Shown in pieces: positions 63,101-64,000 of a stretch of 64,000 nt of DNA (the first letter of the stretch is position 1; each line of letters starts with the position of its first letter). The notes beneath the pieces are model-generated. The model did no database searches, was not told the origin of the DNA, and saw nothing but the letters and a program-made list of their open reading frames with translations. Location: NCBI GenBank assembly GCA_019828565.1, contig JAHDYR010000064.1:601062-665061 (forward strand). The letters run 5' to 3'. Position numbers and translations under genes: made by a program. The DNA is from Carpediemonas membranifera BICM. Its lineage: Eukaryota > Protista > Fornicata.

Positions 63101-64000
63101 TGTCCCTCCTGATCCTTTTGATTGCGGCTTTGACCTCGCTTTCCTTGAACTCATTTCCGTCCCTGCCCCTCCATGTCTTCCAGGTGGGTTCCCTGCCTCT
63201 GCTGACTCTAGCATACTGTTGCAAGAGGATCTCGCTGATGGCCGCCTTGTCCGTGGTTATCACTCCGTCCTTGAGGAGGCTCTCCGGCATTCCCTTGTAT
63301 TGGTTGTCACACCACCACCTTCTGATGGCAGCTTCCACTGAGGCCCTTGAGGCCCTATACCCCCTTTTGCACTTCTGCTGATGTCGGCCACCCATTTGGC
63401 CCTGCGCTCTCCCCAGTATTTCTCCAGCTCCTCTTTCATCCTTTCCTTCCTGGTCCTGTTGCCTATTTCTGTCCATGGGGTTCGCTGGAGTTCGCTCCAC
63501 ACTCCGTTCCCGAACACTTTGTCCCTTGCCTTTGCTCCCCTGTTGTTCACTGGGTCGCCCATGCATGCTCTTATAGTCTCTTCCCATTGGTCCGAGCTCT
63601 TGATCCTGTTCAGCTTTTGAGACTGTGACTGGCCCCTCCTTCTTTTTCATGGGCCAGGTGTGCACCTCGGGTATGGCCAGAGCCACGTCTCGCTCACTTC
63701 TGCCATAGTACCGTTGTTCCTTCCATGCTAGTGTGATTCCATTGTGTGCTGAGCCCCATACCCCCGACCTTCTGAGACTCTACCACCTCAATCTCCGCCC
63801 CCTGGATTCCTGGTGTTGTCACTGCAAAGTCCGGGGTTGATGTTCCTGATGTGAGCGTCCCAGACTTGGGTATGATGGCTTTGAGCCTGTGCTTCTCCAT
63901 CATATCCTTCCACCGGGTGGATCTTTCCATCTGGCCTGGGTCGATGTTCCAGTCTCCCATAATTATGGCCTCCATGCTCCCTTTCATGTCCATGATCTTC
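60157..64000 (-). mobile_element. Second large LINE copy, inverted, running off the window end
   Basis: Reverse complement of ~53855-57692. The tail is followed by TSD TGTATTCAACACAACG (60141-60156). Confidence 0.93.

Noticed and set aside
53342-64000. Calling the LINEs dead because of frameshifts
   Set aside because: Most indels are in homopolymers and differ between the two copies, consistent with long-read error in repeats.

Overview
Eukaryotic protist DNA: GC-rich, gene-dense and intron-poor, with two 29-nt GT..TTACCCAG introns. This fits a metamonad such as Carpediemonas (inference, not verified). Bases 1-35000 hold about 18 compact genes: two giant TmcB-like membrane proteins, WD40, NPL4, bacterial-type PfkB, VWA, NlpC/P60, dolichol kinase, SLC45/SUC-like MFS, RCC1, OS-9-like, prolylcarboxypeptidase, COG8-like, a pseudo-receiver protein and MORN1, plus a frameshifted pseudogene. 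Hidden in an apparent intergenic gap (20340-21019) is a 5'-truncated Fanzor1/TnpB-like RNA-guided nuclease remnant. It has a terminal hairpin (candidate omega-RNA) and is flanked by a 19-bp direct repeat, so its predicted guide matches its own left flank. A tRNA-Cys (35576-35648) marks the edge of a 28-kb nest of four retrotransposon families. (1) A PAT/DIRS-type tyrosine-recombinase element with split direct repeats, in tandem. (2) A chromodomain Ty3/Gypsy with 108-bp LTRs, a palindromic non-tRNA PBS and an extra antisense ORF ending in a second chromodomain-like segment. (3) A second Gypsy with an apparent 50-bp LTR. (4) An APE-type LINE with a (TTTC)n tail and 16-17-bp TSDs. The junctions record a LINE-mediated inversion and a deletion that created an in-frame chimeric integrase ORF. 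Many frameshifts lie in homopolymers and may be sequencing errors.
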